From: an uncultured Sandaracinaceae bacterium
GTDB taxonomy: Bacteria; Myxococcota_A; Polyangia; Polyangiales; JAFGIB01
DNA length: 64,000 bases
Reading direction: 5' to 3'
NCBI GenBank assembly: GCA_964450715.1
Contig: CAYVFC010000001.1
Coordinates: 18,336 to 82,335 of the forward strand
A program made the translations under genes and the position numbers. Positions 36,120-47,665 of the stretch are shown here, one piece after another (the first letter of the stretch is position 1; every line of letters starts with the position of its first letter). The notes beneath the pieces were generated by a model. The model made no database searches and was not told the origin of the DNA. It saw nothing but the letters and a program-made list of their open reading frames with translations.

Positions 36120-38300
36120 TCAGATGTCGTCGGGGATGTAGGATCTGCGCCGCTTCGGCCTGCGCGCTTTCCTGCGCTTCCTATCGGAGCGCGTCGTTTT
36201 CTGGGCGCGGCTACTGGGCTTTGTTTGGTTGGCCGCCGGGTCCGGCTCTTTGGTCTCTACTAGTTCGGCCTTTGCGGACGGCCGCGCGGCCGCGGTCGCC
36301 TCGGTCCCGGCAGCGACAGCTTCGCCGGGTTGGTCTCCGGCAGGCGGTTCCGGTTCCGGAGCTGCGGCCGCGTCTACCGGCGGTTCCGCTTCGTCTGTCG
36401 GCGCCGGCTCTGTTGCCGGTGCGGCTTCGGCCGAGGAGGGCTCGGGCGGCGCTTCGGCCGCAGCTGGCACGGCAGAAGGGGCCTGTTCTGCCCTCACCGT
36501 CTCTGCCTCAGGATCGGACGACCAGGAGAGGACCAGCGCGATGAGCGCGACGATCAGTAACAGGGTGGTCAGCGCGATGCCGATGGTCTTGTAGTTGCGG
36601 TCGGTCGCCGCGGACCCGTTCCCCGCTTCGGGCACTGCAGTCGTATCGAGCCCGACCGGAAACTTGGCAATATCCTCGTCCGTTGTTCCGTCGGCGTTCG
36701 GGTGATAGATCTGCTCTATCTCCTGTTCCAACTCCGAACCCGGTTTCAGCCAGTCGGGAACATCGAGCGAGCCGACCGGGGGCAGCGGAACCTCCGAGAC
36801 GCTCGTCGCCGGCACGCTCTCGCGCTCCGTCGCCTCCTCCGGAGGAGCGCTGAGCCGCTGCTCGCTCCAGGCGCGGATCTTGTCCGTGCTGATGCGCGTC
36901 GGTATCGATATCGGTTTACGCTTAGCCGGGGGTGGAGCTGGCGGTAGGACTACCGCTGCTGGCGGCGGTGCGGGAAGCTCCACGGCACCGGACGCTGCCG
37001 GCTCGTGGGCCGGGCCGGTCGCCGACGGCTCGCCCTCATCCGGCGCCTGTTCGGCGTTCGCGGGAGCATCCGCCTCTTGCAGCGGTTGGTACGCGTCCGC
37101 GGTCGCTTCCGCCTCTTGCAGCGGTTGGTATGCGTCTGTCGTCGCTTCCTCCTTGTCCGCTTCGCTTTTCTCTCGGGCCTCCGTCCGCTCGCCGGTCTCG
37201 TCAGGCTGGGAATCCGGGGACGGCGGGACCATCGGCGTGGGCCGTGAATGGACCGTTAGCTCCGATTCCTGTCCCGCGTAAAGTGCGGAACCCGGATAGC
37301 CGAGCGGCGCTATCAAGGTCGTGTCGTCGAGAACTTTATTCGGTTTCGAGCCCCGCACGATCGCCGGCTCGGCCGCCTCTTCCGTACACGCCTCCACGTA
37401 ACGGCCGACGGTTTCCGGTTCCGCGGTCTCCTCGCCGAGTTGGTCGATGGCCGCGGCCATGTCGGCCGCTCGCTGAAAACGCGCATCCGGGTCGGGATCG
37501 AGGGCGCGGCGCACCAGGGCGTCGAGCAGCGCGTCGAGCTCGAGTCGCGAGAGCCGCTCGTCGAGCGAGGCCGTCCCCTCATCAGGGTTCCGGCCCTCGG
37601 CGAAGGGCTCGCCCGCGAGCAGCTCGGCTAGCAGGATACCAACTGCAAATGTGTCGCTTCGCGCGTCTGCCGCCTGTTGACCGTCCTTTTGCTCGGGAGC
37701 GCGATAGGCGAGGCAACGGGGGTGGCTCGACCAGGTCGGCTCCCGGCAGGCCGCCGCCCCTACCGCCGCGTCCAGCAACCGCGTCTTGCCATCGACTCCC
37801 ACCCCGATGCAGTCCGGGATCAGGCCGCCGTGGGCGTAGCCCCCGGAGCGCGCTTCCTCGTCGCTCTCGGCTGCGCGCTCCACCGTGTCCAGGGCACGAA
37901 GCAGGTCGGAAGCTATCCGCAGCGCGACGTACGGCGGTGCGGCAATACCGCTGCGTCGCGCGCGCCGTAGCAGCTCGGTCAGCGTTACGCCTTCGACGAA
38001 TCGCGATACGACCCCCAGATGCTCTACCGTGACCACCACGTCGGTCACCGCCGGCTGCCCGTCGAAGTCGACCTCCAGCGCCCAGAAGGCGGCCTCGGCC
38101 AGCCGGTTGAACGCTTCGGTGTCGTCGAACGTGGAGGCCTCGATGCAGCGGACGGCTACCAGAGATAGATCCTCTTCTCCCTCGTCCTCGACCCGTGCCA
38201 GCCAGAGCGTCCCGAAGAAGCACTCCGACAGCTTTTTACGGAGCGCGTAGCGACCGATCAGCACACCCTGATCTAGGCCATCTGGGAGAGACGAACCCAT
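36120..38300 (-). CDS. Membrane-anchored Ser/Thr pseudokinase
   Basis: Kinase-fold N-terminus with degenerate motifs (LSECFFG, VAVRC, HGGLIP, LLDAA, YRAPE, DTFAVG); disordered linker; TM; basic C-tail. Confidence 0.75.
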   Translation of the reverse strand: MGSSLPDGLDQGVLIGRYALRKKLSECFFGTLWLARVEDEGEEDLSLVAVRCIEASTFDDTEAFNRLAEAAFWALEVDFDGQPAVTDVVVTVEHLGVVSRFVEGVTLTELLRRARRSGIAAPPYVALRIASDLLRALDTVERAAESDEEARSGGYAHGGLIPDCIGVGVDGKTRLLDAAVGAAACREPTWSSHPRCLAYRAPEQKDGQQAADARSDTFAVGILLAELLAGEPFAEGRNPDEGTASLDERLSRLELDALLDALVRRALDPDPDARFQRAADMAAAIDQLGEETAEPETVGRYVEACTEEAAEPAIVRGSKPNKVLDDTTLIAPLGYPGSALYAGQESELTVHSRPTPMVPPSPDSQPDETGERTEAREKSEADKEEATTDAYQPLQEAEATADAYQPLQEADAPANAEQAPDEGEPSATGPAHEPAASGAVELPAPPPAAVVLPPAPPPAKRKPISIPTRISTDKIRAWSEQRLSAPPEEATERESVPATSVSEVPLPPVGSLDVPDWLKPGSELEQEIEQIYHPNADGTTDEDIAKFPVGLDTTAVPEAGNGSAATDRNYKTIGIALTTLLLIVALIALVLSWSSDPEAETVRAEQAPSAVPAAAEAPPEPSSAEAAPATEPAPTDEAEPPVDAAAAPEPEPPAGDQPGEAVAAGTEATAAARPSAKAELVETKEPDPAANQTKPSSRAQKTTRSDRKRRKARRPKRRRSYIPDDI
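37069..37149 (-). repeat. Intragenic 39-nt tandem duplication
   Basis: Encodes ATTDAYQPLQEAE / ATADAYQPLQEAD. Confidence 0.8.
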
Positions 38301-38497
38301 CGCAATTGTATTCGATGATACTGCAACCTTAGCACGGCTTGAAGGGTCTTGGGGGGGGGATGCACAGGGTTTTTCTCTGTTGACCGTTCTCCCCTTCCGG
38401 GGTCGCGCGCTGGCCGGGGAATGGGTTACCATACCAACCGATGATATTTTCATCCACCAGCGAGACGGTCGCCACAGTGCTGTCAAAGGAGCGAAGA

Positions 38498-39700
38498 ATG
38501 AGGAGCAGCCGCTACCGGCGCATGCTGTCGCCGTACGCTTTTTTTCTGGGCATCTGTTCGGGTGTGCTCGTAGGAGGGCCGGCGGTGGCACAACCGGCAG
38601 AAGCGCAGCCGGAACCGCACAAAGACACCGAGTCGGGGCAAGGAGCGGGGGCGGCCGCGCCCAAGGAAGAAGCGCAAGAGAAAGAAGCGCAGGCGGACCA
38701 GGCCGAAGCCGCCGCGGTGGACAGGAAAGAGAAGGCGAAAAAGGCCTATCTCGAGGGCAAGGAGGCGTTTCTGGTGCTCGACTACGAGACCGCGCTGGAA
38801 CGGTTCCAGGTTTCGCACGAAAACTCACCCAGCCCCAACTCCAGGCTGATGAAAGCGCGCGCGCTGAACTTGCTGGGGCGCAGGCCCGAGGCGCTATACG
38901 AATTCAGGCAGACGGCGCGCGAAGCCGAGCAGTCGGGCGAGAATCGTTACCGGGCCTCGGGCAGAACGGCGATACGGGAGGCGCACAAGCTGGAGAAAGA
39001 GCTCGGCGCAATCACCGTGAACGTGCAATTCGAGCGGGTTGCGGCAGGCGAGCAGGCCGAGGCAGAGGAACAGGCAGGGGCCGAGGCGCAAAAGGCCGGA
39101 ACGGGCGAGCAGGCCGAGGCGCGGCTGCAGGGAGCGGTATTGACCGTGGGCGGGTTGCGGATCGAGCGCGATCGCTGGTCCGAGCCCATTCCGGTGGAAC
39201 CGGGGCTGGTTTCGGTACAGGTGCAAGCGGTAGATGGTCAGGGCGACGCCCAGGAGGTTGAGGTGAAGGTTGGAGAGGTCGCCGAGGTCGCGTTGAAGAT
39301 ACCGGCCCCGCTTTCCGAGCCCACGCCCGAACCCGAACCCGAGCCGGTGGCTCCGGTGCGCGTCGAGATCGACAGCGACGATGCGGGTCTGCGCCTGGCG
39401 GGGCTTCTGGCGGGCGGCGTGGGCCTGGTGGGGATGGCGGTGTTCGTCGGCTGCGGCGTGGCCAGCAACGCCAAGCTCGATGACCTGGAGCGGGCCTGTC
39501 CTGGGCGCACGGATTGCGATCCAGCTCTGCGCGACGACGCGGATACGGGCGATACATTGCAGACGGCCGCCAACGTGGGCCTGGTAGTGGGCGCGCTGGG
39601 AATCGCCGCGGGCGTTACGCTCTACGTGCTGGGCTCCATGGACGAGCAATCCTCGGTGGCGCTCGGTCCCGGCTCGATCTGGATCAGGGGGGAGCTGTGA
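38498..39700 (+). CDS. Exported TPR + PEGA-like protein with hydrophobic C-terminus (myxobacterial type)
   Basis: Signal peptide, TPR (YETALERFQVSHE...PNSRLMKARAL), IPVEPGLVSVQV, C-terminal GLAGLLAGGVG... and IWIRGEL. Confidence 0.7.
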   Translation: MRSSRYRRMLSPYAFFLGICSGVLVGGPAVAQPAEAQPEPHKDTESGQGAGAAAPKEEAQEKEAQADQAEAAAVDRKEKAKKAYLEGKEAFLVLDYETALERFQVSHENSPSPNSRLMKARALNLLGRRPEALYEFRQTAREAEQSGENRYRASGRTAIREAHKLEKELGAITVNVQFERVAAGEQAEAEEQAGAEAQKAGTGEQAEARLQGAVLTVGGLRIERDRWSEPIPVEPGLVSVQVQAVDGQGDAQEVEVKVGEVAEVALKIPAPLSEPTPEPEPEPVAPVRVEIDSDDAGLRLAGLLAGGVGLVGMAVFVGCGVASNAKLDDLERACPGRTDCDPALRDDADTGDTLQTAANVGLVVGALGIAAGVTLYVLGSMDEQSSVALGPGSIWIRGEL

Positions 39701-40533
39701 TGCGCGAGCAACAGGTAGCGCTCTATCTCGTACTCGCCTCGCTCGCCTTGGCCTGTACGAACGACTTCGGCGCCTTTTCTTTCCGAGCCCCGGACGGGTC
39801 GTCGCCGGCCGACGCGAGCTCGGCGTACGAAGACGGGGCAACGGCGCAGTACGACGCGGGCGGCAATGCGGGCGCGGACGCCGGGGAGACGGCCAACGAC
39901 GCGGCCGTGGATTCGGGCGGGACGGACGCGGGGGAAGGCGGTTCGGGCGGCTCGGGCGGCGAGGCCGATAGCGGCCCGGTAACCGACGGGGCAACGGCCG
40001 GCAGCGACGCGGCTGCCGATGCCGGACAGGCCGGGGACGGCGCGGCGGCCGACACCGGCACCGGTGGCTCGGGAGGGCAACAGGACGCGGCGCCGTTCGA
40101 CGAGCAGGCCTGCCGGGACGATCTGGGACCGCTGGTCCCGGCCGGCAGGGAGGCGTGCGACGACTGTGCGTGCTCGATCTCGAGCTGCGGCGCTGAGGTC
40201 GTCTCCTGCCTCGACAGCGGCGACGCGGCCGAGGATGCCCTTTGCAGCGCGGTGCTCCAGTGCGCGCTGGAGAATCTTTGCCAGGTCTGGGACTGCTACT
40301 GCCTCGACCCCAACTGCGGCGGGAGCAGCCCGGACGGACAGGGCCCCTGCGTGTCGGAGATGAACGCCGCGGTCGGCGGACAAAAAACCGAGGTACTGCT
40401 GGTATGGCAAAGCAGCGATGAGAGCGAGCCCCTGGTGCGCGCGCTGGATGCGGTGAGCTGTATGATAGGCCGCCATCGCCGCTCGCCGGGCGGCGCCAGC
40501 AGCGGAACGTGCGAGACCGAGTGCTTGCCATGA
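39700..40533 (+). CDS. Lipoprotein with Gly/Asp/Ala-rich linker and Cys-rich C-terminal domain
   Basis: Lipobox LALAC; DAG-rich linker; many Cys; ATG overlaps the upstream TGA. Confidence 0.7.
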   Translation: MREQQVALYLVLASLALACTNDFGAFSFRAPDGSSPADASSAYEDGATAQYDAGGNAGADAGETANDAAVDSGGTDAGEGGSGGSGGEADSGPVTDGATAGSDAAADAGQAGDGAAADTGTGGSGGQQDAAPFDEQACRDDLGPLVPAGREACDDCACSISSCGAEVVSCLDSGDAAEDALCSAVLQCALENLCQVWDCYCLDPNCGGSSPDGQGPCVSEMNAAVGGQKTEVLLVWQSSDESEPLVRALDAVSCMIGRHRRSPGGASSGTCETECLP

Positions 40534-40538
40534 ACCGC

Positions 40539-41243
40539 TTATCGGGAGTTGCCCGCGTCGAGCGCTCGTTCGGCGGCGCGTAGGGCCTCGCGAGCCCTGC
40601 GGAGCGAGGCCGAGGGCTTTGCCTTCGCCTTGACGGCTTGCTGAATGGCGCGCTCGGCTTCTCTTACCGGGCCGCCCTGCGCTCCCATGGCTACGGCGGC
40701 CGCAAGAAGTAAGCGGGCTCGCCCCAGTAGAAATTCGCGGGCCTCGTCCGGCGAGCGGGTGGTTGGCCCCGGTTGGCGTCGGGGTGGGCGCCTTTGTTCG
40801 GCCGCCTGTCCGAGAACGCGCTTCGCCTCCTCCCGAGCCTGACGCGCCGCTACCAGAAGCCGGGTCTCTTGCTCGACCGGGAGCGTTTCGCGGCGGTGGC
40901 GCGCGGCGCGGGTCAAGGCGCGTTCGGCTCTCTGCTCGGCGCGCGCGCCCTCGCGCTCCAGCTCGATGCGCGCGGCCTCGACGCGCGCGGCCTCTTCTAA
41001 CAGCTCCGCCCGGGCATCTTGGTCAAGCGCTGCTCGAAGCTCCCCGCGCTGCCGCGATGCTCGCGCCTGGTCGCGGGCTCGATCGGCCAGCAGGTAGAGG
41101 TCCGGGGCCAGCTCTCGCACCCGCTTCTGCTGCCGCGCCTCGCTGTCCTCGCGGTCGCCATCCGCGACAGGTGGTCGAGAGGCACCGCACGCGCAGAGCA
41201 ATACGACCGCCAGGAGCGGCGCGCTCGATCCGGTACCGCTCAT
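40539..41243 (-). CDS. Hypothetical helical lipoprotein
   Basis: LLAVVLLCAC lipobox-like signal; Ala/Arg/Glu helical body; overlaps the upstream stop. Confidence 0.65.
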   Translation of the reverse strand: MSGTGSSAPLLAVVLLCACGASRPPVADGDREDSEARQQKRVRELAPDLYLLADRARDQARASRQRGELRAALDQDARAELLEEAARVEAARIELEREGARAEQRAERALTRAARHRRETLPVEQETRLLVAARQAREEAKRVLGQAAEQRRPPRRQPGPTTRSPDEAREFLLGRARLLLAAAVAMGAQGGPVREAERAIQQAVKAKAKPSASLRRAREALRAAERALDAGNSR

Positions 41244-41877
41244 GGCCCCCCCGACTCTGTTGCCGGCTCGTCGCCCCGGAGCGCCCGCCTGGCCGCCTCC
41301 CTTTGCTCGATGGCCTTCTGCAGTGCCTCCCGGGCGGTCGCCGCCTCGTCCTCGGCCCTCTTGGCCCTGCGCTCGGCCGCGCGCAGGACCTGGCGCGCCT
41401 GCTCCCTGGTCACGAGACGAGCGGCCAGCACAAGCGCTGCCCTCGCGATCCCTTCGGCGCGCTCGGCCGCCGCCGCGCGGCCGCTCTCCCTGTACCGCGT
41501 CGCGCGCCCTAGCGCGGCCCGGGCACGGCTCAGCGCTTCGGACGCGGCACCGCTCGCGTCCGGCCGGCCAGCGATGTCGCGCAGCAGCCGTTCCATACGT
41601 ACGATCTCCGCGGGCAGCGACTCCGCCTCGGGCCCGTTCAGGATGCGACCCAGATCGCGGATGATCGCCTCGTGGTCCGGTCGGTCGGCAGGCGGCTCGG
41701 CCGGCGTGGTGCCCGGCACGCTGGCCGGCGCGCCCGCCGGCTTGCCCGCAGGCTCCTCGGCGGTTGCCGGCCGCGCCGGGGCAGCGGTCAAGGCGACGGC
41801 GGCCGCGATGGTTGCCGAGGCTGCAAGCCGTTCCGCCGACCCGGACCGACGCGTTCGTTCCGAACGCACGGCGCCCT

Positions 41878-41881
<4 letters not shown>
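41240..41881 (-). CDS. Hypothetical exported coiled-coil protein
   Basis: Signal-like N-terminus; GTGA overlap with the kinase stop. Confidence 0.6.
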
Positions 41882-42942
<1,061 letters not shown>

Positions 42943-43038
42943 GGGCGGATAATAGCACCAAAGCGCCGGCGGAATGAACGGATCGCCGAAACGGGCCGCA
43001 TACCGCTCGCGGGGACGGAGGCCCCCGGCTCGAGGCGA

Positions 43039-44322
43039 TCAGGGTTCCGGTGCGCGCCGCTCCGGCACCGGTAGCAGTAGCAGGGCGGCCGCCGCCGCCA
43101 GCCCGGCGCCGGTGAGGAAGGCCGCCGGCGCTCCGTAGGCCTTCCAGAGCAGCCCGAAGACGATGCTGGCCGGAAGCGCGCTCAGCCCCACGGCCGCGTG
43201 GTAGACGCCAAAGGCGGTCCCGCGCAGCCGCGCGGGCGCCAGCTCCGATACCCAGGCCTTTTCCACCGGTTCGGTCAGGCCGAAGTAGATGCCGTAAGCG
43301 ATGAAGAAGAGGTAGAGCGCTTCCGCGCTCTCGGTAAGGGCGAAACCGGCGTACACGGCCGCGTAGAGCACCCATCCGGTCAGCATCATGGGACGGCGAC
43401 CGGCGCGATCGGAGACCAGCCCCCCCGCGTAGGTGCCGAGCGACTTGACCACGTGCAGCGCTGACCAGAGAGCGGCCACCGTGGCCGCGCTCGCGCCCGC
43501 CTCGCTCAGGCGCAGCAGCAAGAAGGCGTCGGTGGAGTTGCCCAGGGTGAAGATCACCAGCGCGCCTATCAGCGAGTAGAAAGGGCGGCCGAGCGAACCG
43601 CCTTGAGCGGGTAAAAAAGAGGGCGAGACCTCGGCAGCGTCGGCGATCGAGGTCGGGGCAGGGGCCGAGGCGCCGCCCGCCGATTCGGGATCGCCCTTCG
43701 CGGGCTCCCGGACCGCCAACAGCACGATGGCCATCGCCGCGGCGGCGGGAATCGCGGCCAGCAGGAACACCTGCGGAAGCGGGAGACCCGCCAGTTCCAG
43801 CAGAGAAGCGGCCACCAGCGGGCCGGCCACCGCGCCGGCGTGGTCCATGGCTCTTTGTATTCCGTATGCCCTGCCTCGTTGGTCGGGCCGGGTCAGATCC
43901 GCGATCAGCGCGTCGCGGGGGGAGCTGCGCAGCCCCTTGCCCACCCGGTCCGCAAAGCGGAGCGCCAGCACGGTCGCCCACCCGCCGGCCAGCCCGATCA
44001 GGGGGCGCGCAGCGGAGGCCAGGCCGTATCCGGCTACCACCAGCGGCTTGCGTCGTCGCACCCGGTCCGACCAGAGGCCCGAAACGAGCTTGAGCAGCGA
44101 GGCGGTCGATTCGGCTATCCCCTCGATGATGCCCAGCGCCTGCGGTCCCGCGGCCAGCACCGCGGTCAAAAAGACGGGCAACAGCGGATAGATCATCTCG
44201 CTGGATAGATCGTTGAAAAAGCTCACCGTCCCCAGCGCCACCACCGCGGTGGGCAGCGCCCGGCGAGCCGCCGGTCCCCCGGGATCGGCGGCGGCGTTTC
44301 GCGTCCCGTCAGCCGGAGCCAT
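43039..44322 (-). CDS. MFS transporter
   Basis: NDLSSEMIYPLLP, SDRVRRRK, DRVGKGLRSSPRDALIAD, SDRAGRR. Confidence 0.9.
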   Translation of the reverse strand: MAPADGTRNAAADPGGPAARRALPTAVVALGTVSFFNDLSSEMIYPLLPVFLTAVLAAGPQALGIIEGIAESTASLLKLVSGLWSDRVRRRKPLVVAGYGLASAARPLIGLAGGWATVLALRFADRVGKGLRSSPRDALIADLTRPDQRGRAYGIQRAMDHAGAVAGPLVAASLLELAGLPLPQVFLLAAIPAAAAMAIVLLAVREPAKGDPESAGGASAPAPTSIADAAEVSPSFLPAQGGSLGRPFYSLIGALVIFTLGNSTDAFLLLRLSEAGASAATVAALWSALHVVKSLGTYAGGLVSDRAGRRPMMLTGWVLYAAVYAGFALTESAEALYLFFIAYGIYFGLTEPVEKAWVSELAPARLRGTAFGVYHAAVGLSALPASIVFGLLWKAYGAPAAFLTGAGLAAAAALLLLPVPERRAPEP

Positions 44323-45214
44323 CTGCGAAGAACCCCAGGACGTAGAAGAGCCCGAGCCCGTTGACCGTCACCGCCAGCAGACCCTCGATCAGGCGCGCCG
44401 GCAGAAAGCGCTGCATGCGCGCCCCGGCGTAGACCCCGATCAGCCCCCCGGTGCCGAAGCTGAGCCCCAGCGGCAGGTCGGGCGCCACCCCGGGCAGGCC
44501 GAGCAGCGCGCCCATCGACCAGAAGAAACCGGCGCCCACCACCGAGGTGAGAAAGGTGCTGAGCAGGGTGGCGCCCGCGATGGTATGTACGGGAAGCTTC
44601 CAGAAGGAGACCAGGAAGGGGGCCATGATGGCTCCGCCGCCGATGCCGTAGGCGCCGCCGATCACCCCGATCACCGCGGAGAGCAGGCCGAGCGCGCCGA
44701 CCGGGACCGAGTAGCGCTCGCCGCGGTACCCGTACTGCAGGATACTCCGGTCAAATCGCTCGACCGATACCGCCAGCCTGCCCGCCTCGGTCTCGCCCGC
44801 GGCCTTGCGGCCGGCGGCCGCTTCGGCGGACGAGCGGCTTCTCAGGATCTTGCTGATCAGCCTGGAGCCGATCAGCAGCAGCACTGATCCCACGAAGAGC
44901 TTGAAGTTGCGCGGATCGGGCAGGAAGTAGATGCGGACCAGGGAGCCGGCCACCACTCCGGGGACGGTGCCGGCCGCGATGATGGCGGCCAGCGGCCAGA
45001 GCATTCGCCCCTCCCGGAAGTAGCGGTAGATCCCCGAGGGTATGGCGACCACGTTGAACAGGTGGTTGGTGGGAGTGACCGCCGGCCCGGTAAAACCCAG
45101 CACGCTGACCTGGAAGGGCAGCAGCAGGAAGGCGCCCGAAAGCCCCCCTACCGACATCAAGGACGAGACGAAGAGCGCGACGAAGAAGGCCAGCAGCGGC
45201 GTGAAGTCGGTCAT
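44309..45214 (-). CDS. TauE/SafE (TSUP) family transporter
   Basis: SVGGLSGAFLLLP and GAYGIGGGAIMAP repeated glycine motifs; multiple TMs. Confidence 0.85.
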   Translation of the reverse strand: MTDFTPLLAFFVALFVSSLMSVGGLSGAFLLLPFQVSVLGFTGPAVTPTNHLFNVVAIPSGIYRYFREGRMLWPLAAIIAAGTVPGVVAGSLVRIYFLPDPRNFKLFVGSVLLLIGSRLISKILRSRSSAEAAAGRKAAGETEAGRLAVSVERFDRSILQYGYRGERYSVPVGALGLLSAVIGVIGGAYGIGGGAIMAPFLVSFWKLPVHTIAGATLLSTFLTSVVGAGFFWSMGALLGLPGVAPDLPLGLSFGTGGLIGVYAGARMQRFLPARLIEGLLAVTVNGLGLFYVLGFFADGSG

Positions 45215-45453
45215 GCGGAAACAAGAGTACGGCCGCGGGCGAAAGCGGGGCAAGCCGCCGTCCCCCCAAATAACGAGCGGGGAGGCTCTGTCGGTCTCCG
45301 TCGGCCGGTTCCCTCGAAGACGGTGGCGGTATTTCCGGCCGAAAAGCGGCCAGCGGCCACTGGGTAGACACGGCCGGAATCGATCCGGACCGTGTTCCCC
45401 GCTTCGATCCCGGGGTATGCTCGCCCGTACCCGTTCAAAGGAGATCCCGAAAA

Positions 45454-45972
45454 ATGAAGTTCACCATCGAGATGGCAGCCCGGCGCGCCGATTTCGAGCG
45501 CGTGATCCAGGTCTACTTTTCCGAGGCCTTCAACCAGGCCGTGATCCCGGAGGCCAACCTGCGAGACCGGAACCTGCTGGAGGAGCGTATCCTCGACGAC
45601 GGCAAGGAGTACCGCAAGGTCCGCTACGCCCCCCAGGTCGACCTGCCGGGGCCGCTCCGCAAGCTTCTCGAGGGCGACGGGGTCGGGCAGCTCATCGAGT
45701 ACAACGAGATCACGGTCTTCGACCGGGACAGGCGGACCGCCACCCTGGAGGTCGAGAGCATCGCCGGGGATACCATCCAGGTCTCGGGCTTGGTGCGTTT
45801 CCTCGAGGAGGGGGACGGCGTGCGGATGAAGTTCGAGGGCGAGGCCAAGGTCAAGGTCTTCGGCATCGGCGGCGTGGCCGAGCGCTTCATCGTCAACGAG
45901 GTGAAGAAACGCTACGCGCTGGTGGAGCGCTTCCTGCAGCGCTATCTCGACCAGGGTCGGGACAAGAACTGA
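45454..45972 (+). CDS. SRPBCC/DUF2505-like protein
   Basis: Helix-grip-like pattern, VKVFGIGGVAERFI C-terminal motif; typical codon usage. Confidence 0.65.
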   Translation: MKFTIEMAARRADFERVIQVYFSEAFNQAVIPEANLRDRNLLEERILDDGKEYRKVRYAPQVDLPGPLRKLLEGDGVGQLIEYNEITVFDRDRRTATLEVESIAGDTIQVSGLVRFLEEGDGVRMKFEGEAKVKVFGIGGVAERFIVNEVKKRYALVERFLQRYLDQGRDKN

Positions 45973-46029
45973 TTCCGCGGGTCGGTCGACGGCGAGCGCG
46001 GATCGGTCCGGCTGCGATCCGGCAGGGGT

Positions 46030-46560
46030 CTACCCCTTGCAGGCCTTTTCCGCCTGGATGCGCTTTACTTTTTCTATGATCTTTTCCGCCACGTAAGGGT
46101 GGACGTACTGGTGGATCTCCTCGCCCAGGAAGGCCACCTCCCGCACGATGGAGGAGCTGAGCGTGGCGTAGTGGGGCTTGGAGAACATGCAGACGGTCTC
46201 GATGCTCTTGCTGATTCCCCGGTTGGCGGTGGCCATTTCCAGCTCGAACTGCAGGTCCGAGGTATTGCGCAGGCCGCGCAGGATGAAGTTCGCGCCCACC
46301 TTCTCGGCGAAGCGGATGGCGGGTCCCTCGAAGGCGACTACCTTGACGTTCTTGATTCCCGAATCGCGCGACTCCTCGGTGACGTGCCGCAGCATGTCGA
46401 GCCGCTCCTCGACGGTCAGGAAGCAGTCCTTGGCCGGGTTGACGCCGATGGCCCAGAGCACGACGTCGAAGCGGCGTGCCGCCCGGACGACCAGGTCGCC
46501 GTGACCGATGGTCGGGGGACAGAAGGTTCCGGGGTAGAGGATGGTCTTCTTGTTCGCCAC
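46030..46560 (-). CDS. coaD: Phosphopantetheine adenylyltransferase
   Basis: YPGTFCPPTIGH, VNPAK, RGLRNTSDLQFE, LSSSIVRE. Confidence 0.92.
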   Translation of the reverse strand: MANKKTILYPGTFCPPTIGHGDLVVRAARRFDVVLWAIGVNPAKDCFLTVEERLDMLRHVTEESRDSGIKNVKVVAFEGPAIRFAEKVGANFILRGLRNTSDLQFELEMATANRGISKSIETVCMFSKPHYATLSSSIVREVAFLGEEIHQYVHPYVAEKIIEKVKRIQAEKACKG

Positions 46561-46825
46561 TGGTGCTCTCCGGGTTGGACCGGCGTGTCCCTGCGTCGCT
46601 ACGCGTTCTCGATCCTTGGGTTTCCTGGCGTTCTAGCCGCGCGGCAATCGGGGGCAAGCAGACGCGCGCTGGCTACGATTCGCGTTGAGATAGTCGCCGT
46701 ACCGGCGACCGGGTGGCGGTTGGCGGCCGCCGGCCGGCGGGTACCGACCCGTCGGCATGTACGCGGAATATTACCGCAATTTGCCGGGCAGGCAAGCGCT
46801 TCCACGGCCGCTTGCCGCGTGCGTC

Positions 46826-47623
46826 TCAGACCATCTTGCCCAGCGTCTGCCCGCCGTCGATAACGATGGTCTGCCCGGTGACGAAGCAGGAAGCGTCGCT
46901 GGCCAGGTACAGGGCCAGGCCGGCGATGTCGTCCGGCTGGCCGATGCGCCGCACGGGCGAGCCCTGGCTGATGGATTGGACCAGATCCGCGTTGGCCACC
47001 AGCGCGCCGGCGAACTTGGTCTGCACCAGGCCGGGCGCGATGGCGTTGACCCGGATGCCGGTGCCGCCCAGCTCCGAGGCCAGCGTCTTGGTCATGGAGA
47101 TGACCGCGGCCTTGGTCATGCCGTACACCCCCTGGGCGATGGCGGCCTCCCTGCCGGCGATGCTGGCCAGGTTGATGATGGAGCCGCCCTGGTTGCGCTC
47201 CCTCATGGCGCGCACCACCTCGCGGGTAAACATGAAGTAGCCCTTGAGGTTGACCTCGAAGGTCTTGTCCCAGGCCGGCCAGGGGGTATCGAGCAGCGCG
47301 CCGAAGTAGGGATTGGTAGCGGCGTTGTTGACCAGTATATCGACGCCGTCGTGTTCCTTCGCCACCGACTGCACCAGCTCGGCGATGGCCTCCTCCTTGC
47401 CGGTGTGGCAGGCGCGCGAGGTGACGTCCTCGCCGCATGCCTGCTTGATCCGTTCGGCCGCGGCCTGCAGCCCCTCCAGCTTGCGGGAGGCGATCACCAC
47501 CTGAGCGCCGTGCATGGCCAGGCACAGGGCGATGGCCTCGCCGATGCCGCGGCTGCCGCCGGTGACGATGGCCACCTTGTCCGTGAGATCCATCTTCAGT
47601 GAGGATATCGGTGTCGCAGTCAT
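46826..47623 (-). CDS. Classical SDR oxidoreductase
   Basis: TGGSRGIG, NNAATNP, YGMTK, VNAIAPG, IDGG. Confidence 0.92.
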   Translation of the reverse strand: MTATPISSLKMDLTDKVAIVTGGSRGIGEAIALCLAMHGAQVVIASRKLEGLQAAAERIKQACGEDVTSRACHTGKEEAIAELVQSVAKEHDGVDILVNNAATNPYFGALLDTPWPAWDKTFEVNLKGYFMFTREVVRAMRERNQGGSIINLASIAGREAAIAQGVYGMTKAAVISMTKTLASELGGTGIRVNAIAPGLVQTKFAGALVANADLVQSISQGSPVRRIGQPDDIAGLALYLASDASCFVTGQTIVIDGGQTLGKMV

Positions 47624-47665
47624 GAAAGCCTCTCCTTTTCCGAGGCGCCCGGGGGGGCGCTTCCG

